A stretch of 64,000 nucleotides of DNA from Trueperaceae bacterium (lineage in GTDB: Bacteria; Deinococcota; Deinococci; Deinococcales; Trueperaceae). The notes beneath the pieces were generated by a model. It was not told the DNA's origin. It saw only the letters and a list, made by a program, of their open reading frames with translations, and did not search any database. Where the stretch lies: assembly GCA_965215565.1 (NCBI GenBank), contig CBDCDZ010000004.1, positions 2,848,001-2,912,000 of the forward strand. Reading direction: 5' to 3'. A program made the translations under genes and the position numbers. Positions 28,800 to 38,253 of this stretch are shown here, one piece after another (the first letter of the stretch is position 1; each line of letters begins with the position of its first letter).

Positions 28800-30278
28800 A
28801 TGATTTCAATCACCAAACGCGAGTGGTTCAGCAACCTGCGCGGCGACATCTTAGCAGGCATCGTCGTAGCGCTGGCGCTCATCCCCGAAGCTATCGCCTT
28901 TTCGATTATTGCGGGCGTTGACCCGGCGGTAGGGCTCTACGCCGCGTTTTGTATTTCCGTCGTGACGGCGTTTGTGGGCGGGCGTCCAGGCATGATCAGC
29001 GGGGCGACGGGCGCGATGGCGCTCCTCATGACGGGGCTCGTGGCGAATCACGGGCTCGAGTACCTCTTTGCCGCCACCATCTTGACGGGTGTGATCCAGA
29101 TCGCGTTCGGCGTGACCAAACTGGCGCGGTATCTCAAGTTCGTGCCGCGCAGCGTCATGATCGGCTTCGTCAACGCGCTCGCGATTCTCATCTTCATGGC
29201 ACAGTTGCCGCAGTTTATCGGGGCGAACTGGCAGATGGTCGCGCTTGTCGCGGCTGGGCTGGCGATTATCTACGGGCTGCCCTACCTCACCGAAGCCGTG
29301 CCGAGTGCGCTCGTGGCAATCGTCGCGCTGACTGCGGTAGCGATCTTCGCAGGCGCAGACGTGCGCACCGTGGGCGACATGGGCGAACTGCCCACCGCGC
29401 TTCCCTTCTTCGGATTGCCCGCTGTGCCTTTTACACCCCAAACGCTCGCCATCATCTTTCCGGTAGCGCTCACGCTGGCGATTGTGGGGCTTTTAGAGTC
29501 GCTCCTCACCGCGCAGATCATCGACGATCTAACCGACACAACCAGCAGCAAAAATTGGGAATCGCAAGGGCAGGGCGTCGCGAACATCGTGACGGGCTTT
29601 TTCGGCGGGATGGCAGGCTGCGCCATGATCGGGCAGTCTGTTATCAACGTCACCTCGGGCGGACGGACTCGTTTATCCTCGCTGGTTGCGGGCGTGGCGC
29701 TCATCTTTATGATCCTGACGCTGCAGCCCTGGGTGCGCCAGATTCCGATGGGCGTCCTGGTTGCGGTGATGGTCATGGTGTCTTTAAGCACCTTCGATTG
29801 GTCGTCGTTACGCAACCTTGCCGTGATGCCCAAGAGTGATAGCATCGTGATGATTGCAACCGTCGTGACAACCGTCTGGACGCACGACCTCGCGCAAGGC
29901 GTACTCGTCGGCGTGGTACTCAGTGCGCTCTTTTTTGCGCGGAAGGTGTCGCAGCTTTCAGGGGTCTCGAGCACCCTCAGCGGTGACGGCACCACGCGCA
30001 CCTACCTCGTTACCGGAGAACTCTTCTTCGTCTCGACGCAGGAGTTCGTCACGGCGTTCGACGTGCAAGAGGATTTGGAGCGCGTCGTCATCGACTTGAC
30101 GCGGGCACATCTCTGGGACGGCTCCGCCGTTGCCGCCCTCGACAAGGTTGCGATTAAGTTCATGCGGCGGGGTGTTCATGTCGAGCTGAGAGGTCAGAAC
30201 GAGGCGAGTGACGCGCTCATCTCGCGCTTGGCGGTGCATGACAAGCCGGGGGCGTTAGAGGAGTTGGTGTCGCATTAA
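28800..30278 (+). CDS. SulP family anion transporter with STAS domain
   Basis: [31 protein letters not shown]. Confidence 0.93.
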   Translation: MISITKREWFSNLRGDILAGIVVALALIPEAIAFSIIAGVDPAVGLYAAFCISVVTAFVGGRPGMISGATGAMALLMTGLVANHGLEYLFAATILTGVIQIAFGVTKLARYLKFVPRSVMIGFVNALAILIFMAQLPQFIGANWQMVALVAAGLAIIYGLPYLTEAVPSALVAIVALTAVAIFAGADVRTVGDMGELPTALPFFGLPAVPFTPQTLAIIFPVALTLAIVGLLESLLTAQIIDDLTDTTSSKNWESQGQGVANIVTGFFGGMAGCAMIGQSVINVTSGGRTRLSSLVAGVALIFMILTLQPWVRQIPMGVLVAVMVMVSLSTFDWSSLRNLAVMPKSDSIVMIATVVTTVWTHDLAQGVLVGVVLSALFFARKVSQLSGVSSTLSGDGTTRTYLVTGELFFVSTQEFVTAFDVQEDLERVVIDLTRAHLWDGSAVAALDKVAIKFMRRGVHVELRGQNEASDALISRLAVHDKPGALEELVSH

Positions 30279-30353
30279 GCTAGTGGAAACAGCGTTTTTG
30301 GCTTCAATTACGAGGTCTGAGGTTAAAGGATTGAGAGGTTGTATAGCAAGTAT

Positions 30354-30550
30354 TGGCAGTTCCAAGACATACTGAGACGGATAAGCGCTTACGGAAGTTT
30401 TGGCAACGCCAAAGGTCTCATTGCGCAGCAATAGCGGGATTTCATCATCGAATGTGCGTGCTAGTTGGGCACTTTTCGCAAAGCGAAACGTTGTTTCATC
30501 TAGTGAGCGTGTTGCTTCGCACAACTTCGTACACTCAAACCAAATGATAC
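30354..30550 (+). mobile_element. Repeat copy R5 with four insertions (24, 24, 23, 21 nt); last 6 nt missing
   Basis: TGGCAGTTCCAAGACATACTGAGAC ... CAAACCAAATGATAC. Confidence 0.75.
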
Positions 30551-30661
30551 AGCAGGTATCATTTGGTTTGGGCCAATCTGAGAAGAGAAAACACGCTCTA
30601 GCGCTCACTTAATTGTGATGATACTTGCGTGATTCACGCTCAGTACTTGTGTTGATTGCTA
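30550..30661 (-). mobile_element. Repeat copy R6 (subfamily with AAGTACTGAGC..GAATCACGCA left arm), tail-to-tail with R5
   Basis: CAGCAGGTATCATTTGGTTTG...GATGATACTTGCGTGATTC...ATTGCTA. Confidence 0.75.
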
Positions 30662-30713
30662 TACTTCTTTCTCAGTCCTTTGTTCTTTAGATTTTCCGCT
30701 GGTCTTATTTTAG

Positions 30714-30867
30714 TAGCAGTTCCACGACACACTGAGACAGTTGAACGCAGGTGTCATCCCTTAAAGTGTGTGCTAATTACGAAGTTTTCCGCAGGAAACA
30801 GCGTTTCACAAAGTGAGAGTGTGCCTGACGGCGTACTTCGTGCACTCTGACCAGATGATACCTGCTA
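30714..30867 (+). mobile_element. Repeat copy R7 = R1 plus 21-nt and 22-nt insertions
   Basis: Nearly identical to 1400-1510 apart from 30776-30796 and 30823-30844. Confidence 0.88.
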
Positions 30868-30962
30868 TAGGTTGTGACGCCTGCCAACACAACCCGCAAA
30901 AATCTGTTATGCTTGATAGCTGCTACGCCAAGTGGCAAATCTACGTAAGAGGAGGTGAAACC

Positions 30963-31310
30963 GTGCCAACCTACAAGCTCAACGTTATTTTGGACCCGAA
31001 CCTGAACGAGTCGCAGCTCCAGATTGAAAAGGACGCTGTCACCGCGCAGGTGGAGCGAGCCGAGGGCGAGATTACCGAAGTGGACGAGTGGGGCAACAAG
31101 CGCCTCGCCTATCCGATTCGCAAGCTGAATGAGGGATACTACCTCATCTACTCGCTGACCTTACCCGAAAGCGCACCCAAAACGGTCGAGGGGAACTTGA
31201 GACTGCGCGACAATGTCATGCGCGTCTTAGCAACTCGTGACCGCCCAGAGCAGCGCACCCGCAAGCCCCGCAAACCTAGAGAGCAAGCAGCCCCCCAGAG
31301 CACGAACTAG
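30963..31310 (+). CDS. rpsF: 30S ribosomal protein S6
   Basis: GGAGGTG RBS + GTG; EWGNKRLAYPIRK. Confidence 0.95.
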   Translation: MPTYKLNVILDPNLNESQLQIEKDAVTAQVERAEGEITEVDEWGNKRLAYPIRKLNEGYYLIYSLTLPESAPKTVEGNLRLRDNVMRVLATRDRPEQRTRKPRKPREQAAPQSTN

Positions 31311-31359
31311 ACTCGAACGAAGACAATAACGCACATCGTGACTATAAAAGGAGAACATC

Positions 31360-32217
31360 ATGGCAAGAGGCTTAAATAGCGTCCACTTAGCAGGCACCCT
31401 GACCCAAGCGCCGGAGATGAAATATACCGCTGGCGGCTTAGCGATCCTCGAACTCAACTTAGGCGGCAACGATCACGTGGTTGGTAGTGATGGTCAAGCG
31501 CGCGACTTAGCGTGGTATCACCGCGTGACGGTCTTCGGCAAGCAAGCGGAGTATTTGGCGGACCAGCTAGACGCGGGCACACCCGTCTTTGTGGATGGAC
31601 GCCTGAACTACCGCACTTGGGAAGACCAGAACGGGCAGAAGCGGAGTGCGCTAGGCATCAACGCAATTCGCGTGGAAGCCTTGCAGTCGGGTCCGCGCAA
31701 AGAGGCGACGGTCTTAGACGCGAGAGGTCAGGAGCGGCTGACGAACGCCCTCAATCAAGTCACCATCATCGGCAACTTGATCAAGGACGCTGAGCTTCGC
31801 TATACCCCCTCGGGCGACGCGGTGACGCGCTTTGTCGTCGCAGTGAATGAGCAGTACCGCGACAGAAACAACCAGGATCAAGAGAGCGTTCACTTCGTCG
31901 AGGTAAACGTGTGGCGTGACCTCGCTGAGGGCTGCGCCGAACTCGGCAAAGGTGACCCTGTGATGGTCATGGGACGTTTGGTCACGGACAACTGGACCGA
32001 CAAAGACGGCAACCGCAACTATAAGGATAAGCTCGAGGGTATGCGTGTTGAATACTTGACCCGTGGTCCCGGTGGTGGAACCGGAACCCGCTCCAATACT
32101 CAAAACAGTAACAGCGCGAATAGGAGCGCCCAGAGGGGTCAGGAACAACCCAGTCGTAAAAGTCCAGCTTTGGACATCGACGAGGAGTTTCCACCAGAAG
32201 AGGATTTACCTTTCTAA
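31360..32217 (+). CDS. ssb: Single-stranded DNA-binding protein, two OB folds (Deinococcus-Thermus type)
   Basis: MARGLN..., second OB NQVTIIGNL, acidic tail EEDLPF. Confidence 0.95.
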   Translation: MARGLNSVHLAGTLTQAPEMKYTAGGLAILELNLGGNDHVVGSDGQARDLAWYHRVTVFGKQAEYLADQLDAGTPVFVDGRLNYRTWEDQNGQKRSALGINAIRVEALQSGPRKEATVLDARGQERLTNALNQVTIIGNLIKDAELRYTPSGDAVTRFVVAVNEQYRDRNNQDQESVHFVEVNVWRDLAEGCAELGKGDPVMVMGRLVTDNWTDKDGNRNYKDKLEGMRVEYLTRGPGGGTGTRSNTQNSNSANRSAQRGQEQPSRKSPALDIDEEFPPEEDLPF

Positions 32218-32502
32218 ATGGCACAAGACAGAGGAAAACGAAGAGGCGGCGGCAAGGATGACCGCAGAGGCGGGCGCGGAAGACGCCGCCCTAAGGTCTG
32301 CCCCTTTTGCACCGGCGAACAAGAAGTGACCGACTACCACGACGCGCGGATGCTGCGCCGCTTCATCTCCGACACGGCGAAAATCTTGCCGCGCCGCCGC
32401 TCGGGAGTATGCGGAAAGCACCAGCGTAGACTCGCGACGACGATCAAGCGGGCGCGGATGTTGGCGATTATTCCGATTACGGAGAAACTGGTGCGCCGAT
32501 GA
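32218..32502 (+). CDS. rpsR: 30S ribosomal protein S18 (Zn-ribbon form)
   Basis: CPFC...KILPRR..CGKHQR. Confidence 0.95.
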   Translation: MAQDRGKRRGGGKDDRRGGRGRRRPKVCPFCTGEQEVTDYHDARMLRRFISDTAKILPRRRSGVCGKHQRRLATTIKRARMLAIIPITEKLVRR

Positions 32503-32548
32503 AGCTCTTAGAGGTATCATCTATGAAGAAGCCTCAGAGGTATCATCT

Positions 32549-33106
32549 ATGAACGTCATTCTACTTGAGCCCGTAGACAACTTAGGTGAAGCGGGCGAGA
32601 TGGTCAATGTCAAGCCTGGCTACGCGCGCAACTATTTGGTGCCGCGCAGCTTGGCGCTGCCCGCTACCCAAGCGAACAAGGCGGAGCTTGACGCGCGGCT
32701 TCAGCAGCGCGCCAAGCAACTCTCTGAACGCAAGTCCGACGCGGAGCGCCTCAAGGAGCTTTTGGGCGACGCTGGCGTCGAGATTCGCGTGCGTGCGGGC
32801 GAAGAGCGCATCTACGGCTCGGTGGGCAACCGCGACGTCGCTGAGGCGGTAGAAAGCGCTTACGACGTCGAGATCGACCGCCGCAAGCTCGACCTCAGCG
32901 AGCCGATTCGCACCTTAGGCGAATACATCATCACGTACAAGCCCCACCCGGATGTCCCGATCGACCTCAAGGTGCTCGTACTGAGCGACGACCCGAACGC
33001 GCCTAGACCGACTTCGGCGTCGAAGGCTGAACCCGCTGAGGTTGAGCAAGCTTCGGACGAAGTGGCTGCCGAGGCGAACGCCGAGAGCGAGCAAGAAGAA
33101 GCTTAA
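32549..33106 (+). CDS. rplI: 50S ribosomal protein L9
   Basis: VKPGYARNYL, IYGSV. Confidence 0.95.
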   Translation: MNVILLEPVDNLGEAGEMVNVKPGYARNYLVPRSLALPATQANKAELDARLQQRAKQLSERKSDAERLKELLGDAGVEIRVRAGEERIYGSVGNRDVAEAVESAYDVEIDRRKLDLSEPIRTLGEYIITYKPHPDVPIDLKVLVLSDDPNAPRPTSASKAEPAEVEQASDEVAAEANAESEQEEA

Positions 33107-33130
33107 TTGTTGAGCAAAGCTAGAGAGTAG

Positions 33131-33163
33131 GAAGAGGTCGCGCCGGGCGCGACCTCTTCTTTT
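33131..33163 (+). terminator. Terminator after rplI
   Basis: GAAGAGGTCGCGC / GCGCGACCTCTTC + TTTT. Confidence 0.8.
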
Positions 33164-33198
33164 GATGTAGGTTGCTGGTGCGAGGGCTCCTCGCTCGG

Positions 33199-33771
33199 TT
33201 AGCGCCCTCGAGCTGCCCAATCAACCGCATTGAAGCAGAACCGGTAGGTCTCACTGCAGGCTTCATCCTCAGAGTACGTGAACTTTGCGCCCAAAAAGAG
33301 GTTGCGCCCGCGCTCATCGCTCATAAACGCGGTGACTCTGCCGCTCGCGCCGCTGAATTCTGCGGTACCTTCAGTTGCCGTAAAGGTTGTGCTGACCGCT
33401 TCTCCATCAAACAGTGTCAAAGTGAGGGGGTAGTCGGCGCTCAAATTGTACGTTGCGCCCCGAGTCGCTTCTCTAGCGCCGCTGAACTCGAGCCGAAACC
33501 TCAACCCCACGTCTTCACGAGTTGCGAAAGTGAACCCCGCCGGGCTCACCTCTCTTGTAGCAAGCTCATCCGCACTGAAGTCGAAGTTACCCACCGCTGC
33601 ACCTGTGAGGTGCAAATTGAGTGAAGGTGTGCGGTAGGGCGCGGGCGGATTGATCTGTCCGAGTTGCCAAGTGCTAACGCCTACAGCAATGAGAAGAACG
33701 AGTGCGGCTAGGTTTGGTACGATCTTTGGGCTGAATAAAAACCTGGATTTTGCGACCGGATTGAGTTTCAT
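33199..33771 (-). CDS. Hypothetical membrane-anchored protein
   Basis: AAGGAGG RBS, one TM segment, divergent from LysR gene. Confidence 0.6.
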   Translation of the reverse strand: MKLNPVAKSRFLFSPKIVPNLAALVLLIAVGVSTWQLGQINPPAPYRTPSLNLHLTGAAVGNFDFSADELATREVSPAGFTFATREDVGLRFRLEFSGAREATRGATYNLSADYPLTLTLFDGEAVSTTFTATEGTAEFSGASGRVTAFMSDERGRNLFLGAKFTYSEDEACSETYRFCFNAVDWAARGR

Positions 33772-33910
33772 GTCCGACCTCCTTACTCGCAGGTTAAGAG
33801 GTCGTGCGCGGAGAATCAAAAGCCTTTGGCGTTAGATGCGAGTCTATTTATCCGATTTTTCGATGGACGCACTATACCCGTGTATCACGCTGAATGCGCT
33901 AGACTGAGGG

Positions 33911-34852
33911 ATGAAACTCCAGCAGCTTAGAGCGTTACTCGCCGTCATAGAAGCGGAGAGTTTCTCCGAAGCAGCTCTGGATTTGGGCGTCGCGCAGTCC
34001 AGCTTGAGCTACGCCGTCGCGGAGTTGGAACGCGAACTCGGTGTGAAGCTTTTGCAACGGGGGCGTTTCGGCGCGGAGCCTACCAAGATTGGTACTAAAA
34101 TCGCCGCTCACGCGAGAAGCGTGGTGAAGCTGTCCGAGGTCATTCAGCAAGAAGCGGACCTCTCCAAAGGTGAGGTCAAGGGGACGCTCACCGTGGCTAC
34201 GTTTCGCAGCGCCGCCGGGAAGATTATCCCCAAAGCCATTACGCTATTGAGGCGTGACTATCCTCACCTGAGTGTGCGTTTTATAGAGCGAGATAACGAA
34301 GGTTCAGATGGCAACGCGAAGCGGCAGATGGTCCGTGATCACCTCGCCGACATTGCGTTTGTAGAGAGCGCTGAGGACGATAGCTTACTCGCCTGGGAGC
34401 TTATGCGCGACCCTTACCGCGCTCTGCTCCACGAAAGCGACCCGCGCACGACCCTCGCCTGGTCTGACCTACCGCAAACGTCCTTTATCCTCTCTGACTG
34501 TAACACCTGCGGTAACCACGTCCAGAGGTACGCGCGTGAGCTGAACCTCGAGTTAGAGCCTGCATACAGCGTGCAAGGGGATTCAACAGTCTTGCGCCTA
34601 GTCTCGGAAGGCTTAGGCGTCGGCGTCCTACCCGAATTTGCGATTGATGAATTGCCCAGTAATGTAAAAGTTGTGCCACTAGACAGCCCTTTAGAGCGCG
34701 TTATTTACGTCGCTACCCTGCCCAGCAACCTAAAAATTCCGGCGGTGAGGGTCTTTCTCAACGTGCTCAAAACGCAGTTTCCTGAAAGTGAGTTGCCGAG
34801 GTTCGGGGCGCATAGTCTCTATGGCAAAGAAGTTGAACAGCAAAGAGGTTGA
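33911..34852 (+). CDS. LysR family transcriptional regulator
   Basis: SFSEAA..LGVAQSSLSYAVAELERELGVKL. Confidence 0.93.
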   Translation: MKLQQLRALLAVIEAESFSEAALDLGVAQSSLSYAVAELERELGVKLLQRGRFGAEPTKIGTKIAAHARSVVKLSEVIQQEADLSKGEVKGTLTVATFRSAAGKIIPKAITLLRRDYPHLSVRFIERDNEGSDGNAKRQMVRDHLADIAFVESAEDDSLLAWELMRDPYRALLHESDPRTTLAWSDLPQTSFILSDCNTCGNHVQRYARELNLELEPAYSVQGDSTVLRLVSEGLGVGVLPEFAIDELPSNVKVVPLDSPLERVIYVATLPSNLKIPAVRVFLNVLKTQFPESELPRFGAHSLYGKEVEQQRG

Positions 34853-34861
34853 AAGATGCAC

Positions 34862-34895
34862 AAAAAGAAGCTCGAGCTTGGCTCGAGCTTCTTTT
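34862..34895. terminator. Bidirectional terminator
   Basis: AAAAGAAGCTCGAGC / GCTCGAGCTTCTTTT. Confidence 0.8.
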
Positions 34896-34912
34896 CGTCA
34901 GTCAGACAAACT

Positions 34913-35485
34913 TTAGAAGTGGTAGTTCGCGCCTAAGCCTAAGCGAATAGGGATAGCTAGACCGCCGACGCTCGTCTGTGTACCCGCGACGACGCCGCCG
35001 CCGAAGCCGAAGCCTAGACCTAAGCCTAGTTCACCGAAGAGGCTGATGCTAGGGTCAAGTCTGTAGTTGACACCGCCCACACCCGTCACGTCGAAGGCGA
35101 AGTAGTTGTAGCCTACGGTATTGACCGAGCCGGTGATATAGCCGATGCTAGGTCCACCGCCCGCATATAGGGTGAACTCGTCGTCATCACCGAACGTCGT
35201 GATGTCATGTAGCGAGTCAGCGCCCACGACAAAGTTGAAGCCGAAAAGCGGCTGCAAAGCGAGTCTAAAGCGTAAGTCGCCCCCTAAAAAAGCGTCTTGC
35301 AAGCCGTAGTAGCCCTGCAAAAGCGGGAAGCCGAGCGACCCGCCCGCATACTGCGTCGTGCCGAACGGACCTGCTTGCGCTGAGACCGCCAAGTCGCTCG
35401 CGTCGACGTCATCATCTTCTTGAGCGAACGCCGCCCCCAGACTTAGAACCGCGACGCTCAGTAGTACAACCAAAAGTTTATGCAT
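34913..35485 (-). CDS. Small outer-membrane beta-barrel protein
   Basis: Signal peptide, amphipathic strands, C-terminal YHF. Confidence 0.7.
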   Translation of the reverse strand: MHKLLVVLLSVAVLSLGAAFAQEDDDVDASDLAVSAQAGPFGTTQYAGGSLGFPLLQGYYGLQDAFLGGDLRFRLALQPLFGFNFVVGADSLHDITTFGDDDEFTLYAGGGPSIGYITGSVNTVGYNYFAFDVTGVGGVNYRLDPSISLFGELGLGLGFGFGGGVVAGTQTSVGGLAIPIRLGLGANYHF

Positions 35486-35734
35486 ATATCTTACTCCCTC
35501 CGAGTTTTAAGTGAGAAATTTTAGATATTCCCCACGCTGTCGCCTTTATAACACGCACTTTCGTCACGCCACAAGTAGGACGAACTACAACTTTTGTAAG
35601 TCGGGTTTACAATCTAGGGATCATTCAGACCCAAGATGGCTCTGTCAGCGTGTATCTCTGGAGGCAACGCACGTAATCTCTGTCTCAGATAAGATGGGCG
35701 ATATCCTCCACAAAGTTCGCCGAGACAGTTCTAA

Positions 35735-35866
35735 TAGCAGGTATCATCTGGTTTGAGTGTACGAAGTTGTGCGAAGCAACACGCTCACCGTATAAAACGA
35801 TGTCCAACACGCACATTGTGAGATGATACCTGCGACATTTTGTCTCAGTATGTCTTGGAACTGCTT
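35735..35866 (-). mobile_element. Repeat copy R8 = 111 + 21-nt insertion
   Basis: TAGCAGGTATCATCTGG...GATGATACCTGCG...TGTCTCAGTATGTCTTGGAACTGCT. Confidence 0.85.
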
Positions 35867-36060
35867 TAAGAAGTTCTCGGTTCTTTACGAATGGCAAAGG
35901 CGTAAAAGCAAAACGATACCTGCACGCGGACCGAGGGTAAGTCACAACTATTTTCACCATCCTTAACAGTCCGCCCAACTCTGAAATTATCTAAGCTCTT
36001 AGGTGGCACAGAACGCTTGAGAAGGACTCGAGCCTGAGGTCAACTAGGGAGGAACACATC

Positions 36061-36561
36061 ATGAATACGTATTGGTTAAATAGGATGGGTCTCGGCATTA
36101 TCCTCGTACTAGGTTTGGGCGCTTGCAGCATGTCCAATACAGGAGATGAGGTGGACGCGCAACTCAATACGGGCTACTTCACAGCGCGAAATGTAGAGGC
36201 GGATGCTTGTCTTAGGCTTAACCAGAGTACGAGGAAAGTCACAACTGGGACGTGTGATAGAAATGACCCGGAGAAGCTTTGGCGCTTCACAGAACAAGAA
36301 GCTAGAACTGTTTCGCGTAATGGTCCTGTCACTATGACTAAGACCGTTTTGCAGAGTCGCCTCGGTAATTGCTTATGGTCGGGAGGAAGTACATGGATAA
36401 GATGTAGTGATGAATCTGCAGGTGATGCTATATACCGTGATAACGGCAATAGAACGATCCTTAATAGTTCAGGGAAATGTCTAACTTGGACGAGAGGCAG
36501 AGCCTCAACATCTTTTCAATCATGTACGGGTAGCAACGCTCAGCAGTGGGTTCTGAACTGA
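36061..36561 (+). CDS. Lipoprotein with ricin-B-like (beta-trefoil) domain
   Basis: Lipobox LGAC; three CL...C...W units ending NAQQW; lower GC than flanks. Confidence 0.65.
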   Translation: MNTYWLNRMGLGIILVLGLGACSMSNTGDEVDAQLNTGYFTARNVEADACLRLNQSTRKVTTGTCDRNDPEKLWRFTEQEARTVSRNGPVTMTKTVLQSRLGNCLWSGGSTWIRCSDESAGDAIYRDNGNRTILNSSGKCLTWTRGRASTSFQSCTGSNAQQWVLN

Positions 36562-36660
36562 GCGAGCACCCGCAAATTTGCTTAGGGTTGTTTCCCTACC
36601 GTTTACAGTATGAGCGTATCCTACTAAACTCGGTACCCCGTCCGTTCGCGGCGGGGTTTC

Positions 36661-37011
36661 TTACTCTTCGCGGCTGCGCTCGAGGTAGCGCCGCTTGACC
36701 TCTCGAGGCTGAGGCGTCGCGCGGTTACAAAGCGGCAGGTCTCCCCAGCGCACCCTATACGCCTCTATGTGCGCCGCCTCGTCCGCTTGCGGCACGCGGC
36801 TATAGGTGTAGCGCCAGTAGTGAGCGCGCTCGGCGATACAGGCGTTTTTAGCGAGGTGCTGACGGACGCGGTTAGGAACGTCTCTGGCCGACTGACCGAT
36901 ATAGATCGTCCGTTTCTCCTCGTTAGCGAGTTCGTACACGCCGGGCATCGCGTCGCGCCCACGTTGCGCAGGCAGCGCGCTCAGCTTGCGCCAGCGTGCG
37001 CTAATCGGCAT
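36661..37011 (-). CDS. GIY-YIG-like small protein
   Basis: PGVYEL...IYIGQS...RVRQH...E...PLCN. Confidence 0.65.
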   Translation of the reverse strand: MPISARWRKLSALPAQRGRDAMPGVYELANEEKRTIYIGQSARDVPNRVRQHLAKNACIAERAHYWRYTYSRVPQADEAAHIEAYRVRWGDLPLCNRATPQPREVKRRYLERSREE

Positions 37012-37182
37012 ATTGGCGGGGCTCGAAACTTGGTGAGCGAACACTGCACGCCAAAGTTCCAACCAAATAGGGCGTAATGCGCCGCAGCGCAGCGCTAGGT
37101 ACTGCAGTGCTAGGTACCAGAGAGGACCTCTTCACGGCTAGGTCCGCACCCTCATCATCCTGCCCTCATCATTTTGCTGTGA

Positions 37183-38094
37183 CTAATTCTCATAGCCGAG
37201 TTCGCGTAGCGCCTCGGGGTCTTCGCGCCACGCCTTGTGGACGACTACCTCTAAGTCCAGGTAGATTTTCTCGCCGACGAAAATCTCTAGCTGCTTGCGC
37301 GCCGTGCGTCCAATTTCACGGATCATACTGCCACCCTTGCCCAACACGATCATGCGGTGGTTGCTCCTCTCCACCCAGATTTCCGCCAGGATATAGAGGG
37401 GTTTGCCCTCCTCCTCTGGCTCGCGCACCTCGAGAACTTGCACGGCGACGGCGTAGGGAAGCTCTTGGCGCAGGTGGGTCATGGCGCTCTCGCGGATGAG
37501 TTCGCCCAGCCAGTCCTCTCGCGTTTGGTCACTACGAATATTTGCAGGAAAGAAAAAAGGACCTTCGGGCAGTTCGGTGAACAGGTCTTCGCGGAGCGCG
37601 TAGACGGCTTCAGGGTCATCTAGAGCGCTGAGGCTATAAACTTTGCTGACGCTAGGCAAGAGGTCTTGGTAGAGGTTGAGCGCCTCCTCTGGATACTTCG
37701 CCACGTCGAGCTTGTTGCCGATAAGGTAGATGGGCGTTGCCGGGTCGATGCCTTGCAGGAGCCGCGCCACCTCTTTGTCTTCATCATTAGGAGGTCTGCG
37801 CAAGTCCACGAGCCACAAGATGCGGTCGACGTCGGTAATCGCCGTTCTCACCTCGCGGTTCATATAGTCGCCTAGCGCGTCCTGGGCGCGGTGATAGCCC
37901 GGCGTATCTACGAAGATGAGCTGTCGGTCTCCCTCGCTGTAGACGCCCCGCACGCCGCGCCGAGTGGTCTGCGGTTTGGAGGTAATCGGCGCGACTTTAA
38001 CGCCTAAAAGCGTATTGAGCAAAGTGGATTTGCCGACGTTGGGCTTGCCCAGAATGGCGACGAACCCCGAATAGGTGATCTCTGAGTCAGACAT
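37183..38094 (-). CDS. era: GTPase Era
   Basis: GKPNVGKST, PQTTR, DTPG, NKLD, KH domain; GAGGAG RBS before ATG 38094. Confidence 0.95.
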   Translation of the reverse strand: MSDSEITYSGFVAILGKPNVGKSTLLNTLLGVKVAPITSKPQTTRRGVRGVYSEGDRQLIFVDTPGYHRAQDALGDYMNREVRTAITDVDRILWLVDLRRPPNDEDKEVARLLQGIDPATPIYLIGNKLDVAKYPEEALNLYQDLLPSVSKVYSLSALDDPEAVYALREDLFTELPEGPFFFPANIRSDQTREDWLGELIRESAMTHLRQELPYAVAVQVLEVREPEEEGKPLYILAEIWVERSNHRMIVLGKGGSMIREIGRTARKQLEIFVGEKIYLDLEVVVHKAWREDPEALRELGYEN

Positions 38095-38114
38095 AGTGCT
38101 CCTCAAGCTTGATT

Positions 38115-38243
38115 TAGCAGGTATCATCTGGTCAGCTACACCCTTACTAAAGAGAACATCGTTTCCTTCGGCAAACTTCGTAATTAGCACGCACTCTAGA
38201 TGATATCTGCGAAGAAGTGTAGCAACGATAAGTGGAACTGCTA
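38115..38243 (-). mobile_element. Repeat copy R9 with 21-nt insertion
   Basis: TAGCAGGTATCATCTGGTC...TAGCACGCAC...GATGATATCTGCG...GTGGAACTGCTA. Confidence 0.8.
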
Positions 38244-38253
38244 ATTACCTCAT

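Noticed and set aside
38095..38190. N-terminal extensions of Era (also RpsF 30813-30962 and MTase 56059-56196) in the ORF track
   Set aside because: Partly repeat-derived; better starts exist downstream, with a clear RBS for era and rpsF.
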